Origin: an uncultured archaeon
GTDB lineage: Archaea; Asgardarchaeota; Lokiarchaeia; Sigyniarchaeales; Promethearchaeaceae
NCBI GenBank assembly: GCA_964426185.1
Contig: CAYRPF010000015.1
Span: forward strand, 17,320 to 49,089
Direction: 5' to 3'
DNA length: 31,770 bases
Under the pieces are notes generated by a model, which searched no databases, was not told where the DNA came from, and saw nothing but the letters and a program-made list of their open reading frames with translations. Position 1 is the stretch's first letter. The number at the start of each line of letters is the position of its first letter. Positions 16,558 to 26,234 of the stretch are shown in pieces. A program made the translations under genes and the position numbers.

Positions 16558-17343
16558 TTAGTCTTCGTACATTGAATCGTCGTCTTCTTCGACCCGCGGA
16601 GCCAGAAAATAAAGCACATGACTCGAATTTAATATATCAAAGTTAATTTTCAACGGAGCTTCCGTACGCAGTTCCGCGGTCAAATTTTGTGCAATAGAAC
16701 CCATTTTTAATATATTTTTCAGAAAAGCGATAGAGAAAACCCCCACACTTTGCTCTTTGAAGTCAGACGAAATCAGTTCCTCTTTTTCCAACACGTATTC
16801 CATATCTCCGATGCTCCCGTTGGTGGAAAAGGTTAAGTTTGGCATAGCTTGAATTTGCAAAACTTCGGCAAAGATTTCAGCATCTTTGATGGCTTCATCT
16901 AAATAGCCGATATTGAAGGTACATATATTATCAAATTCTAAATTGTTTAGAGCATTTACATCAATCTCTTCCCCATCATAATCGATCAAACTCATGGTAA
17001 ACCTTCGTGCTTTCTTGGCTTCTGGAGGTTTCATAGCAATAATCAGCTTTTTTGCTTCAGGATCGTGAGATAATGTAATCTCGTCATTGCTACCACTTCT
17101 TTTCAGGATTTTTACCATATCTTCTAAATTTATTCCTAATTCATAGAGTTGATCCGCTTGAAATTCATCCAGATCATCTTTATGTAAAACTAAGGAAACC
17201 AAACAGATGTGGGAAACATCCATGGCAGTCATTGAAATCCCTATTTCTGGATCTACTTTCAACACCGTTTCACTGATGATGGAAGAAATTGCATCAAATA
17301 TGCCACGAATCATTTTTGCATCTTTAATCTTCACGGTAAACAT
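16558..17343 (-). CDS. pcn: DNA polymerase sliding clamp PCNA
   Basis: AMDVSHICLV, GINLEDMVKILKR, YFLAPRVE. Confidence 0.97.
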   Translation of the reverse strand: MFTVKIKDAKMIRGIFDAISSIISETVLKVDPEIGISMTAMDVSHICLVSLVLHKDDLDEFQADQLYELGINLEDMVKILKRSGSNDEITLSHDPEAKKLIIAMKPPEAKKARRFTMSLIDYDGEEIDVNALNNLEFDNICTFNIGYLDEAIKDAEIFAEVLQIQAMPNLTFSTNGSIGDMEYVLEKEELISSDFKEQSVGVFSIAFLKNILKMGSIAQNLTAELRTEAPLKINFDILNSSHVLYFLAPRVEEDDDSMYED

Positions 17344-17509
17344 AGTATTCGCCTCGGGTATTAATCACCTTGTAATATGAATGTGTGTGTGGAACCTCAA
17401 ATAAATCAATATATTAACCTTACAATAATCATTCTCGATTTTTGATGTTTATTAATCTCTACCTCAGTGATTTTAAAAATAAAGAGAGGTATAATTTATT
17501 TGACTATCG

Positions 17510-17857
17510 ATGGCCGAACTATCTCCCGACGAACTACATCCGGCACAATTTTATGCCAAAAAACTAATTGGTGATCTGCAACCTGCAGATGGTTTAGTTC
17601 AATTAACCGGTTACGCCCGCAATAAAAACGCAAATGATGATTTCTACTTGGATGATACCACTGGTCAAATCCAAGCGCAGAATATCCCTGAAGAAAGCCC
17701 TCAGATTACCGAAGGAAATCTTTACCGGGTTTTTGGAAAATATGAAATTGACGGAACAGGGACTCCCATCATTACGGCTCACATTGTACAAGATATGCAG
17801 AATTTAGAGTTTGATTTGTTTTTAAAAACAATGAAGAAATGGAAAGAACTTCCATAA
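17510..17857 (+). CDS. Single OB-fold protein, RPA14/RPA3-like small subunit
   Basis: VQLTG..FYLDDTTG..EGNLYRVFG..AHIVQDMQNLEFDLF plus a C-terminal helix, resembling Thermococcales RPA14. Confidence 0.7.
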   Translation: MAELSPDELHPAQFYAKKLIGDLQPADGLVQLTGYARNKNANDDFYLDDTTGQIQAQNIPEESPQITEGNLYRVFGKYEIDGTGTPIITAHIVQDMQNLEFDLFLKTMKKWKELP

Positions 17858-17950
17858 CTCTGTTCTTCCAACTCTACTCTTCTATCTTTACACTTCTAAC
17901 CCCGCTTTTCTAACTCAGCTCTTCTATTTTTTTTCTTGAAATTCTACCGA

Positions 17951-19138
17951 TCAATCAACTAAAATCAAAGGAATCTCCATTTCATCCTTACTCCAACCCC
18001 CATGATTCCCAATCATCTTCTCTTTGCTTTCTCCCAATAACCTCTCTCTAAAAACGTAGTTGTCCTTCATGAAAAGCAGATAATCCCCTACTCTTTCAAT
18101 AAATCTCGGATGTGGTTCATATAATCCAAAAATACCCTCTTTTAAAGCGCGATCCAAGGACCAAAGTTCACCAAAATCGCTGAAATGTCTATTCATATAC
18201 TGTTCAAATGCCGAAATTGTTCGAGGTCGTACATACAAAAAGGGTACCCGCCCCTCCCCTACTATAGGTAATGTGAGCATGGATCTTAATTCAGGATAAT
18301 CATGTAGCCATAAGGTGCGATCGTCTGGAGTATCTACCAATCCATGATCAGCTGTCAGAATTATGCGGACAGCAGGAACCTTTTCCTTTACTTTATCTAC
18401 AAATCTCCCAAATTCAAAATCCAAGGCCTCAAACTGTTGTTGAGTTTTTTCGCTGTGAATTCCGTAAATATGCGAATGAGAGTCGAAATCCGGCCAGTAG
18501 GATAGAAGATAGGCGGGAGAATTTTTAGAAGTAAGGGTTTTCAACATAGTTTTAAAAAAATTCTTGATATTCTTAGACCGATATTTCAATTCACGCGATT
18601 TTCTCACAGCATATGAACTATATGGTGTTCGAAAAATAGGTTTAGGAAAAAGAGAAGCCGATGCACATGGAAGTTTGGCCGCAAATGATGGAAAATCAAA
18701 AATATCAGTGGTAACCAGATCATTATACAATAGTGGTGTTCGAAAACCTCTGATATTCATCAGAAGAATGGTACTAACAACACCCATTTCTCGCAGATAA
18801 GTAAACCAAGCGGGAACCCCGTGATTTAATGGCGCAACTCCTGAATAATACGAGGTCATAGCAGCGGCAGTGGTTGAAGGAAAAACAGAAGTCATAGACC
18901 CCCGCAAATAACGTCGAAAGTTAGAGTTCTTATCTTGTTTGAGGAGGTAATTGTATCCCAAACCGTCTATCACAATCAAAACCACAGGTGAAGAATCAGT
19001 TTTGCCTTCATGTGTTCTGTCGAGAAAATTGGGGGGAAAATCGCGTAAAGAAGGATATTTCATATTAATACCAAAATGATTACCGATGGTGCTCATTAAA
19101 TTTACCAAAGAGCCACCATTATAATCTGGAAAAAGCAT
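17951..19138 (-). CDS. Alkaline phosphatase superfamily / nucleotide pyrophosphatase-phosphodiesterase
   Basis: IDGLG, SVFPSTT, DSHSH, TADHG, GNHGG. Confidence 0.9.
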   Translation of the reverse strand: MLFPDYNGGSLVNLMSTIGNHFGINMKYPSLRDFPPNFLDRTHEGKTDSSPVVLIVIDGLGYNYLLKQDKNSNFRRYLRGSMTSVFPSTTAAAMTSYYSGVAPLNHGVPAWFTYLREMGVVSTILLMNIRGFRTPLLYNDLVTTDIFDFPSFAAKLPCASASLFPKPIFRTPYSSYAVRKSRELKYRSKNIKNFFKTMLKTLTSKNSPAYLLSYWPDFDSHSHIYGIHSEKTQQQFEALDFEFGRFVDKVKEKVPAVRIILTADHGLVDTPDDRTLWLHDYPELRSMLTLPIVGEGRVPFLYVRPRTISAFEQYMNRHFSDFGELWSLDRALKEGIFGLYEPHPRFIERVGDYLLFMKDNYVFRERLLGESKEKMIGNHGGWSKDEMEIPLILVD

Positions 19139-19301
19139 AAGAATATTACATGCTCATTCCTTTAAGAATTTAACAATTTTTTTCACTGGAATTTGGAAGT
19201 CTGGAATCTACAATTAGAAAAATAACTTATAAAAAAGATCTAGTCAAATGCAGTGATCGACTAGTCAAAGGTGGGATAGAATGACTATTAGTAACAATAT
19301 A

Positions 19302-19652
19302 TTAATACTCTCGCCAGCGATGTTTGCACCGTACGCATGAATAAAAAGTGGTTGCAGGTTCATCTGCTGAACGAGTCTGATATTGTTCATAATAGGCTTC
19401 AAAATAACCACATTCGGGGCATTCCACCCGAGTTTTCGGTTTCAACTCTAAATTATCAGATTTTTCATCCAAAACCCGGGTTTTGTTATCCGCAATCTTC
19501 TTCTCAATACGTTTTGATTTCTTTCCCTTGCGTTCCTTCTTCTTCTCAATGGGTTTTGAATAACCGCAAGCCAAACACATCATTACAAATTCGCCGTTCT
19601 CGTTTTTCTTCTTCCGAAGCAGCTTCTCACAATTTGGACAAAATTCAACCAT
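19302..19652 (-). CDS. tfs: Transcription factor S (TFS / RpoM-like)
   Basis: Two Zn ribbons and the QTRSADEP acidic hairpin. Confidence 0.96.
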   Translation of the reverse strand: MVEFCPNCEKLLRKKKNENGEFVMMCLACGYSKPIEKKKERKGKKSKRIEKKIADNKTRVLDEKSDNLELKPKTRVECPECGYFEAYYEQYQTRSADEPATTFYSCVRCKHRWREY

Positions 19653-19872
19653 ATAATCACCAAAATATTTTTCAAATGACGTTGTTAATAATTATCGCTT
19701 TATCATTTCATCGCTCTATCGACATTAGCGTCTTTATCACCAATAAGTCGAGTAAAATCAGATGCATTAGAAACTTGCTCCTATTATGGAAACAAGGTTA
19801 AAAAAGTTATCCCATAGATGTTAGGTCTTCCCGCTCTGCCAAGATTATTGAAGCAGAATGTATTCGGGCTAT

Positions 19873-20082
19873 TTAAGATAAGACTTCGGAAATTTTTGTC
19901 AAGATTCGAGCTTTTCCACCAGTAGATTGAACCAATTGTTTCTCACACACGAAACATTTCACTTCTACGGTTGCACAACCGAAAACTATTTGCTCTGCAC
20001 CGCAATTTAAACATTTGATGCGCAAAAATCGACTTTTGGGTTTAGGAATTATCTCATTCTTTTTTGCATTCATTATTATCAT
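19873..20082 (-). CDS. rps27e: 30S ribosomal protein eS27
   Basis: PKSRFLRIKCLNC..QIVF..VKCFVC..TGGKARI. Confidence 0.97.
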   Translation of the reverse strand: MIIMNAKKNEIIPKPKSRFLRIKCLNCGAEQIVFGCATVEVKCFVCEKQLVQSTGGKARILTKISEVLS

Positions 20083-20094
20083 CTTATAATTTGA

Positions 20095-20376
20095 TTATTT
20101 GTTTAAGATCTCGAATTTCTTCAAGCGTATAGCCTTCCCAATCACAATACGATTGCACTTTGTGCACTTGTAGGTTGGAGTTGTCTTCTTATTCACCTTA
20201 GCTTGATTATGTTGGATCGGCTTAGGTTGTGATCCGTAACCCTTTTTCTTTCTGGCATAACGTCGGTTGCCTTGGGCAGATTGGGTATCTTTTCCTTTTT
20301 TGTAGATCGACACTTTGTGAACGGTGTGTTCTTTGCATTTAGGGCAGTAAATCCGTTTTGATTTGGGAAATTTCAT
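20095..20376 (-). CDS. rpl44e: 50S ribosomal protein eL42 (L44e)
   Basis: YCPKCKEHTVHKV..GNRRYARKKKGYGSQPKP..CTKC. Confidence 0.97.
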   Translation of the reverse strand: MKFPKSKRIYCPKCKEHTVHKVSIYKKGKDTQSAQGNRRYARKKKGYGSQPKPIQHNQAKVNKKTTPTYKCTKCNRIVIGKAIRLKKFEILNK

Positions 20377-20577
20377 AATGATTCCTTCAACGAAATTCTA
20401 ATAAATTTGGAAGTTGCGCATGAATTTTTAATTTTTTGATTTGCAGATTTTCACAAATTGATAATTCTCTAGTTATTGAAAAGCATGGATTTTATAGAAA
20501 ATTTATTACATATTATTAAGTTGATAAAAAAAAACGAAAAATGATAAAAAAAGTGGCTCCTTTATAGGGATGGGAAA

Positions 20578-21507
20578 ATGGATTTTTATAATATGGATGT
20601 TATTTCCGCGAAACAATTTAATCGGGAAGATATTGAAGAGTTAATCCGACTTGCTAAAACAATAGAAAAGGATAAAGCCAATTATGCACAATTACTCCAA
20701 GGAAAAGTGATGGCAACGCTGTTTTTTGAACCATCTACCAGAACTAGACTTTCATTTGAAAGTGCTATGCTTCATTTGGGTGGCAGAGTATTGGGATTTT
20801 CAGAAGCAGGGACATCTTCTGTTAAAAAAGGAGAAACTTTGGCTGACACCATTCGAACAGTTGCGAATTACGCCGATACAATAGTTATCCGTCATAAAAA
20901 GGAGGGTGCTGCGAAATTAGCCCAGGAATTTTCGGAGATCCCCATTATAAACGCGGGAAACGGTTCACAAGAACATCCCACCCAAGCTTTGTTAGATATG
21001 CTTACCATTCAAGATTTAAAAGGTACTTTAGACAATTTGAAGGTGGGATTAATTGGTGATCTAAAATATGGCCGAACTGTGCATTCTCTGGCACATCTCT
21101 TTTCAAAATTTAATTCAGAACTCTATTTTATAAGTCCAGAACAGCTTAAGATGCAATATCGTGTGATAGATTCCCTTAAATTAAAGAAAGTTCAATTTAC
21201 CGAAACATCTAATTTTAAAGAAGCCCTGTCTAAGTTAGATGTAATTTACATGACTCGGATTCAAAAGGAACGTTTTGCCGACTTGGAAGAGTATGATAAA
21301 GTCAAGGATATGTTTATTTTAACCCATGATGATTTAAAACGAATTAAGAAAGATGCTATAATTTTGCATCCATTACCCCGTGTGAATGAGATTGATCCAA
21401 AAATTGATAAAGATCCTCGCGCGCAGTATTTCAAGCAGACTTACTATGGTTTGATGATGCGGAAGGCAATATTAGCCAGCATTCTGCTCAAGAATCCTTT
21501 GGATTAA
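20578..21507 (+). CDS. pyrB: Aspartate carbamoyltransferase catalytic subunit
   Basis: FFEPSTRTRLSF, KKGETLADT, HPTQ, GDLKYGRTVHS, HPLP. Confidence 0.98.
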   Translation: MDFYNMDVISAKQFNREDIEELIRLAKTIEKDKANYAQLLQGKVMATLFFEPSTRTRLSFESAMLHLGGRVLGFSEAGTSSVKKGETLADTIRTVANYADTIVIRHKKEGAAKLAQEFSEIPIINAGNGSQEHPTQALLDMLTIQDLKGTLDNLKVGLIGDLKYGRTVHSLAHLFSKFNSELYFISPEQLKMQYRVIDSLKLKKVQFTETSNFKEALSKLDVIYMTRIQKERFADLEEYDKVKDMFILTHDDLKRIKKDAIILHPLPRVNEIDPKIDKDPRAQYFKQTYYGLMMRKAILASILLKNPLD

Positions 21508-21580
21508 GTGATTATTTTTTCTTGATTGTTTTTTTTTTGATAATTTTTGTTTTGATAATTATTTTGTCGGTTTTTGTTGA
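21508..21580 (+). terminator. T-rich archaeal-type terminator region after pyrB
   Basis: Multiple T runs (up to ~10 T) immediately after the stop codon. Confidence 0.45.
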
Positions 21581-21667
21581 TGGTTTGATATTAAAGCATA
21601 GGTTTTATTGGAGATTGCCCCCCATATAAATATATTAACATTTCTCCCTTCAGCGCGTGATCCTCCA

Positions 21668-23944
21668 ATGTCAGATAAATCTAATGAAACCATTGAACCA
21701 CTGGTAAATTATCTAGGGGCGCTAAAAAACGAAACACGTATTGCTATCGTTCAAATTCTCAGCAAACACAAGACTTCCATCGAGTATAGTGAAATTCAAA
21801 AAGAATTGGGAGATAATTTTGGAATTTCTTCAAATTTATCCTATCATCTGAAAATTTTAAAAGCCCACATGATAATTAGCGGGGATGAAAACGGCTATAT
21901 ATTGACAGATATGGGGCAAAAAACCCGCACATTTCTACATTCTGTGGAAGAGGTGGTTACTCCAGAAACACCCATTCGAATTCGGACTTCTAAATATGCT
22001 ATAGAATTTTTCGATGAGTCGGTAATTGAACGTAAATTGCAAGAAGAAGCCGGGATGCCTGCAAATATCGCTAAAGAAATTGCCGGTGAAGCAAAAACTC
22101 GACTGAAAAAGGCGAAAGTAACTTATCTCACCGCCCCATTGGTTCGAGAATACATCAATGCTATTCTAATTGAACACCATTACGAATACTATCGGGCGAA
22201 ACTCACTCGGTTGGGAGTTCCACCATTTGATATCACAAAAATGCTGTCAACTCAGTGGTGTTCCACCCCAAAATACCTCCGAACTCAATTGGGAAAACAG
22301 GTAATGGAACAGTACGTATTGTTAAATATGTTGCAGCGAAAATATGCAGATGCCTTCCTCACGGGAGAATTTCTATTTGCCGACTTAGAGCGTTTTGGTA
22401 CGAGTCCTTTGGAGCTGGTGATAACTGGAGCGCAATTTGAAGTAATTCTTAACAGATTCTTAAACAATCGACAAAAAACAGTTTTCAATGAATTGAAATT
22501 ATCACAATTCCAAGGTGAACCATTGCCGAACTCGATATTTGATCTTCAGATGATAGATTTAGTCCATGTTATTCAGAATTTTTTCCAATTGATTGCCCCA
22601 TTCTTTCCAGAAGGTCTTAATATCTTGAGGTTCGACCTATTTTTAGAAAAATTTTTGACAAAACAATCTGAAGTTGAACCAAAGCAAGCCCTTAAATGGC
22701 TGCTGGATTATTGGAATCCTTTTTCTCAGCAAAATTGGAAAATTACCTTAGAAATTTCTTTAATTGCAAATTACACGGATTTATCGCCGCTATTAAAAAT
22801 TTACGGAGACGATTTGGGTAGATTAATGGAAAGTAAATTCAAACAAACAAATAACCAAGAGAAAGATAAAGCGCAGGCAAATTTTATCCAAAAAGAAAAT
22901 AAACAGAATCATGCTTGTTTTAATAATTATACCATATTACCTACGTTGATAATTCACGGACAAAAATCTGACATTAAACCTTTGGTAAACATGGAAGATT
23001 TCTCAAAATTGACCCATTTCCAACAATTACTTTTAATGGTTCTGCTACATCCCCAGGTTAAATTTGACCAATACACAAAATGGGGCTGGCCCTTCGTGGA
23101 CCATATTTACACCAACCTTCATATTCCGATAGCCATCGAAAAATACGCATTATTCAAGCCAGCGGTGGTATTAGAAAAGATTTCCATCAATTTACTAGCT
23201 CTGTATTTTGATTCCAACCGCGACTTATCAACATTCTGGAAAAAACTGGAAATTGCCTTATTCCAAGTTTTTGACTTTTTTGAACAAAAATACTCCCAAT
23301 TGAGCCGTCACCTTCCTCAATTCTCTAACTGGGTCGATATTCAATCATTGGTATTCCCTCAATCTGCATCTCAAGCCAAGTTCATTCCAAACGGCAGAAT
23401 GGTGGGAGCCGTGTCTTTCCATGGCTTAGAAGAAATGATCTTTATGCACACGGATTTATTCTTACGGATGCAGCCCAAAAACCGTCAGTTGGCGGTTAAA
23501 ATTATGGATTTCATGCAAAAATTGTTGGATAAACAGAATCTTGATGAAAAAAACCCCATACATTATGTCTTGGCAGAAATACACCCTCAGAAGGAATTAT
23601 TGCACCCTTCAAATGATATTTTAACGAAAGTTATACAAAAACAACAAAAATTATACGGCGAATCTACTTGTCGTAGTTCATTTTCATTGAACTTTGCCGA
23701 TCAAATCCCCACTTCCTCAATTGGTTTAATACTAAAGATTTTCAGAGATCTACAAGCATCATCCTTTAAAGAACTAACCTTGCGCTTCCAAATCCCGCTC
23801 CACTCACTTAATATAGAGAAATCAAACGCAACATCCTCAATTAATAAAGCACAAGTAATCTTTTCCCCCGAAACGCTCGAAAATATCCGACAACTCCTTT
23901 CTATCAAAAATTACTTGCTTGATATATCTTTTCTTTTTAGTTAA
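21668..23944 (+). CDS. ArsR-type wHTH + ATP-cone + degenerate class III ribonucleotide reductase (NrdD)-like domain fusion
   Basis: ALKNETRIAI..LSYHLKIL (wHTH); IRTS..FDESVI..LTAPLVREYINAIL..RLGVP (archaeal NrdD ATP cone); decayed NrdD motifs ADAFLTGE, ISINL, SFHGLEEM. No C-terminal Zn ribbon or RxxGY. ATG 21668 preferred over track TTG 21608. Confidence 0.78.
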   Translation: MSDKSNETIEPLVNYLGALKNETRIAIVQILSKHKTSIEYSEIQKELGDNFGISSNLSYHLKILKAHMIISGDENGYILTDMGQKTRTFLHSVEEVVTPETPIRIRTSKYAIEFFDESVIERKLQEEAGMPANIAKEIAGEAKTRLKKAKVTYLTAPLVREYINAILIEHHYEYYRAKLTRLGVPPFDITKMLSTQWCSTPKYLRTQLGKQVMEQYVLLNMLQRKYADAFLTGEFLFADLERFGTSPLELVITGAQFEVILNRFLNNRQKTVFNELKLSQFQGEPLPNSIFDLQMIDLVHVIQNFFQLIAPFFPEGLNILRFDLFLEKFLTKQSEVEPKQALKWLLDYWNPFSQQNWKITLEISLIANYTDLSPLLKIYGDDLGRLMESKFKQTNNQEKDKAQANFIQKENKQNHACFNNYTILPTLIIHGQKSDIKPLVNMEDFSKLTHFQQLLLMVLLHPQVKFDQYTKWGWPFVDHIYTNLHIPIAIEKYALFKPAVVLEKISINLLALYFDSNRDLSTFWKKLEIALFQVFDFFEQKYSQLSRHLPQFSNWVDIQSLVFPQSASQAKFIPNGRMVGAVSFHGLEEMIFMHTDLFLRMQPKNRQLAVKIMDFMQKLLDKQNLDEKNPIHYVLAEIHPQKELLHPSNDILTKVIQKQQKLYGESTCRSSFSLNFADQIPTSSIGLILKIFRDLQASSFKELTLRFQIPLHSLNIEKSNATSSINKAQVIFSPETLENIRQLLSIKNYLLDISFLFS

Positions 23945-24521
23945 GTATTTTTAAAATCAAATCAATGGTTTCCTGTTGGATAGTAGCCACCTCTTCTTTT
24001 TCATTTTGAATATCATGAATCAATGCAATGCTCTTTTTCACGATAGCTGTAATTGCTTCATAAGTTAAATCCAAATTATCAAAATGAAATTGATTTGCTT
24101 CTCTACCACGGCGCAAAAAACCTTTGATAGTATCACTTAATACATCAGCATATGCATTTCCCACAATTTGATTCTCAATTAGGTAATCTTCTCGGCTTTG
24201 GGCCTTATTTCCATAAACATAGGGAAGAACCAATTCAAAAATCTTCTGAAAAAGGTTTGAAAGATTTTTTGCAATGGTTTCACTACTAGTGATAACTTGT
24301 TCTATTTCTTTTTTTGATTGTTTAGCAATCTCAAAAAATATATAATATAAACACTCTTGCTTCCCACCGGGAAAATATTTGTAAAAAGTTTTTTTACTAA
24401 TATGCATATCTTGAGTGACATCGCTGATAATTGTATCGACCATGCCATAGTTGAAGAAATATTCTTTAAATTTCGCTGCAATAGCTTTTTTTTTCTCAAA
24501 TTGTCCCGATCGATCTACCAT
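23937..24521 (-). CDS. TetR/AcrR family transcriptional regulator
   Basis: FFNYGMVDTIISDVTQDMHISKKTFYKYFPGGKQE HTH. Confidence 0.88.
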   Translation of the reverse strand: MVDRSGQFEKKKAIAAKFKEYFFNYGMVDTIISDVTQDMHISKKTFYKYFPGGKQECLYYIFFEIAKQSKKEIEQVITSSETIAKNLSNLFQKIFELVLPYVYGNKAQSREDYLIENQIVGNAYADVLSDTIKGFLRRGREANQFHFDNLDLTYEAITAIVKKSIALIHDIQNEKEEVATIQQETIDLILKILN

Positions 24522-24643
24522 TTAATATCCCGAGAAAATTAACCCAATACATTATTTGAATGTTCACATCAGAAATCAAAGGATAGAATGATGTAATAAA
24601 TGAAATAATAAATAAAGAACGAAAAAAGAAGTGAAATTAGCAC

Positions 24644-25462
24644 TTAACGGGCAGAAATAGCCACTCGTTCCATTTCATCTTTCCGCTTGACTGCTGCAGA
24701 ATTAGTATCATTACGACTGGCCAAAATCAACTCATTTGCTAATAACTCATCAATGGTTTTAATATTATTATAGGCTTTACCAACAGTAGCCTGCACTAAC
24801 AATTTCAAAGATAAATCTACTCGCCTCTGAGGTGCAATGTCCACAGCTTGCTGATAGCTAATTCCACCTAATGAAATTCGAGTGGTTTCTTCTCGAGGTG
24901 CAACATTTTCAATGGCATTAATTAAAACTTGAATTGGATTCTCGCCAGTTTTTTGTTCTACAATTGCAAAAGCGTTGTAAACAATTCTGATAATTTTTTG
25001 CTTCTTACCCATGTTTTGAGATGACCCTCGACCTTTAATTCTTTTTTTAACCAAACCCGGTGTCATTATCTTGTTGATAAAACGCTCAATAATCGAGATA
25101 TGTTCGGTTTTCCAGAAGCGTTTGTGTTGATGTTTACCACCAGAGTGAGGAATGATGACGGGTTCGAGATTAATATAATTTTGCAGGCTGATATCATGAA
25201 CTTCCACACCTTCATAAGACCAACGATTGAATAATTTTATTTGAGCCTTCTGACGTCGGGTTCGTTTCTTTTTCGATTCTTCATCTGCTTCTTCTTCAGA
25301 TTCTTCCTCAGTTTCAATTTCATCGACAAGAACTTCAGAGGGATTTTCGTTTTCTTCATCTAAGTTCTCTAAAGCAGCTTCTTCTAATTCTTTTTCTTCA
25401 GAATCAGCTTTGTTAGATTCTTCTTCAGCCTTTTCTTCTTTTGATTTACGTTTTGCGACCAT
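24644..25462 (-). CDS. rps7: 30S ribosomal protein uS7 with acidic N-terminal extension
   Basis: IKLFNRW, ENVAPREET, AVDIAPQRRVD, ERVAISAR; ATG 25462 (MVAKRK) or track 25474. Confidence 0.97.
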   Translation of the reverse strand: MVAKRKSKEEKAEEESNKADSEEKELEEAALENLDEENENPSEVLVDEIETEEESEEEADEESKKKRTRRQKAQIKLFNRWSYEGVEVHDISLQNYINLEPVIIPHSGGKHQHKRFWKTEHISIIERFINKIMTPGLVKKRIKGRGSSQNMGKKQKIIRIVYNAFAIVEQKTGENPIQVLINAIENVAPREETTRISLGGISYQQAVDIAPQRRVDLSLKLLVQATVGKAYNNIKTIDELLANELILASRNDTNSAAVKRKDEMERVAISAR

Positions 25463-25482
25463 AATTATCCACATCCATTGTA

Positions 25483-25926
25483 TTAGCGAACTGCCCGCTC
25501 CTTTTTACCTTTAATCATGGCATCTAAGCTAACACCGTTAACTTTGATCACTTTCCAACGAACACCGGGTAAATCTCCAATGGCTCCACCCATAGCGCCA
25601 CCAATTCCTACTACTGTGACTGCATCGTGTTCTTCTACGAATGTAAGGGCCGAATCTCCTGGTAAGAAAGCGCTAACTTGTTTCCCATTTTTTCGTAATT
25701 GGACCCGCACACATTTTCTGATGGCTGAGTTGGGTTGTTTTGATTCTACTCCTACCTTTTCTAGGACGATACCTTCTGCCATAGGGGCAGCTTCAAGTGG
25801 GTCGGTTTTTTCTTTAATTCTTAAAGTGCGGCGTTTGTAAATTCTATCGCTCCAACGGAAACGTTGACGTTTTTTTTTCAAAGCGCGTGCTGCGAATTGT
25901 CCACGTGGACTTTTACTTTTTCCCAT
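25483..25926 (-). CDS. rps12: 30S ribosomal protein uS12
   Basis: [25 protein letters not shown]. Confidence 0.98.
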   Translation of the reverse strand: MGKSKSPRGQFAARALKKKRQRFRWSDRIYKRRTLRIKEKTDPLEAAPMAEGIVLEKVGVESKQPNSAIRKCVRVQLRKNGKQVSAFLPGDSALTFVEEHDAVTVVGIGGAMGGAIGDLPGVRWKVIKVNGVSLDAMIKGKKERAVR

Positions 25927-26234
25927 AGTAATAATAACTCCAATAATCGATAATCGTAATATGCGATAAGGAAATCAACCTTCCATATAAAATAAAATTT
26001 TGGGTTGTGTGAAAAAAAATGGCTTGTCACCGCACTACAGTAAAATTTAAAAAAGAGGATGAAGAATATACAGAGAATTTGAAACAATTTCATTCAAGAT
26101 AGCAGAATTTTAAGATAATATTTAAGAAAAATATCCAAGAAGATGCTAAGAAGATGGGATGAAATTATCTTCAATTAAATAATTTTAAAAGTAAAAAAAA
26201 GCAGTTAAATACAACTTGTTAGTTGAGCAAGAAC

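Noticed and set aside
19240-19269. Direct repeat CTAGTCAAA x2
   Set aside because: Only two short copies with no spacer array; not a CRISPR or IS end.
19337-19801. 154-aa plus-strand ORF
   Set aside because: Antisense shadow of tfs with no recognisable motifs.
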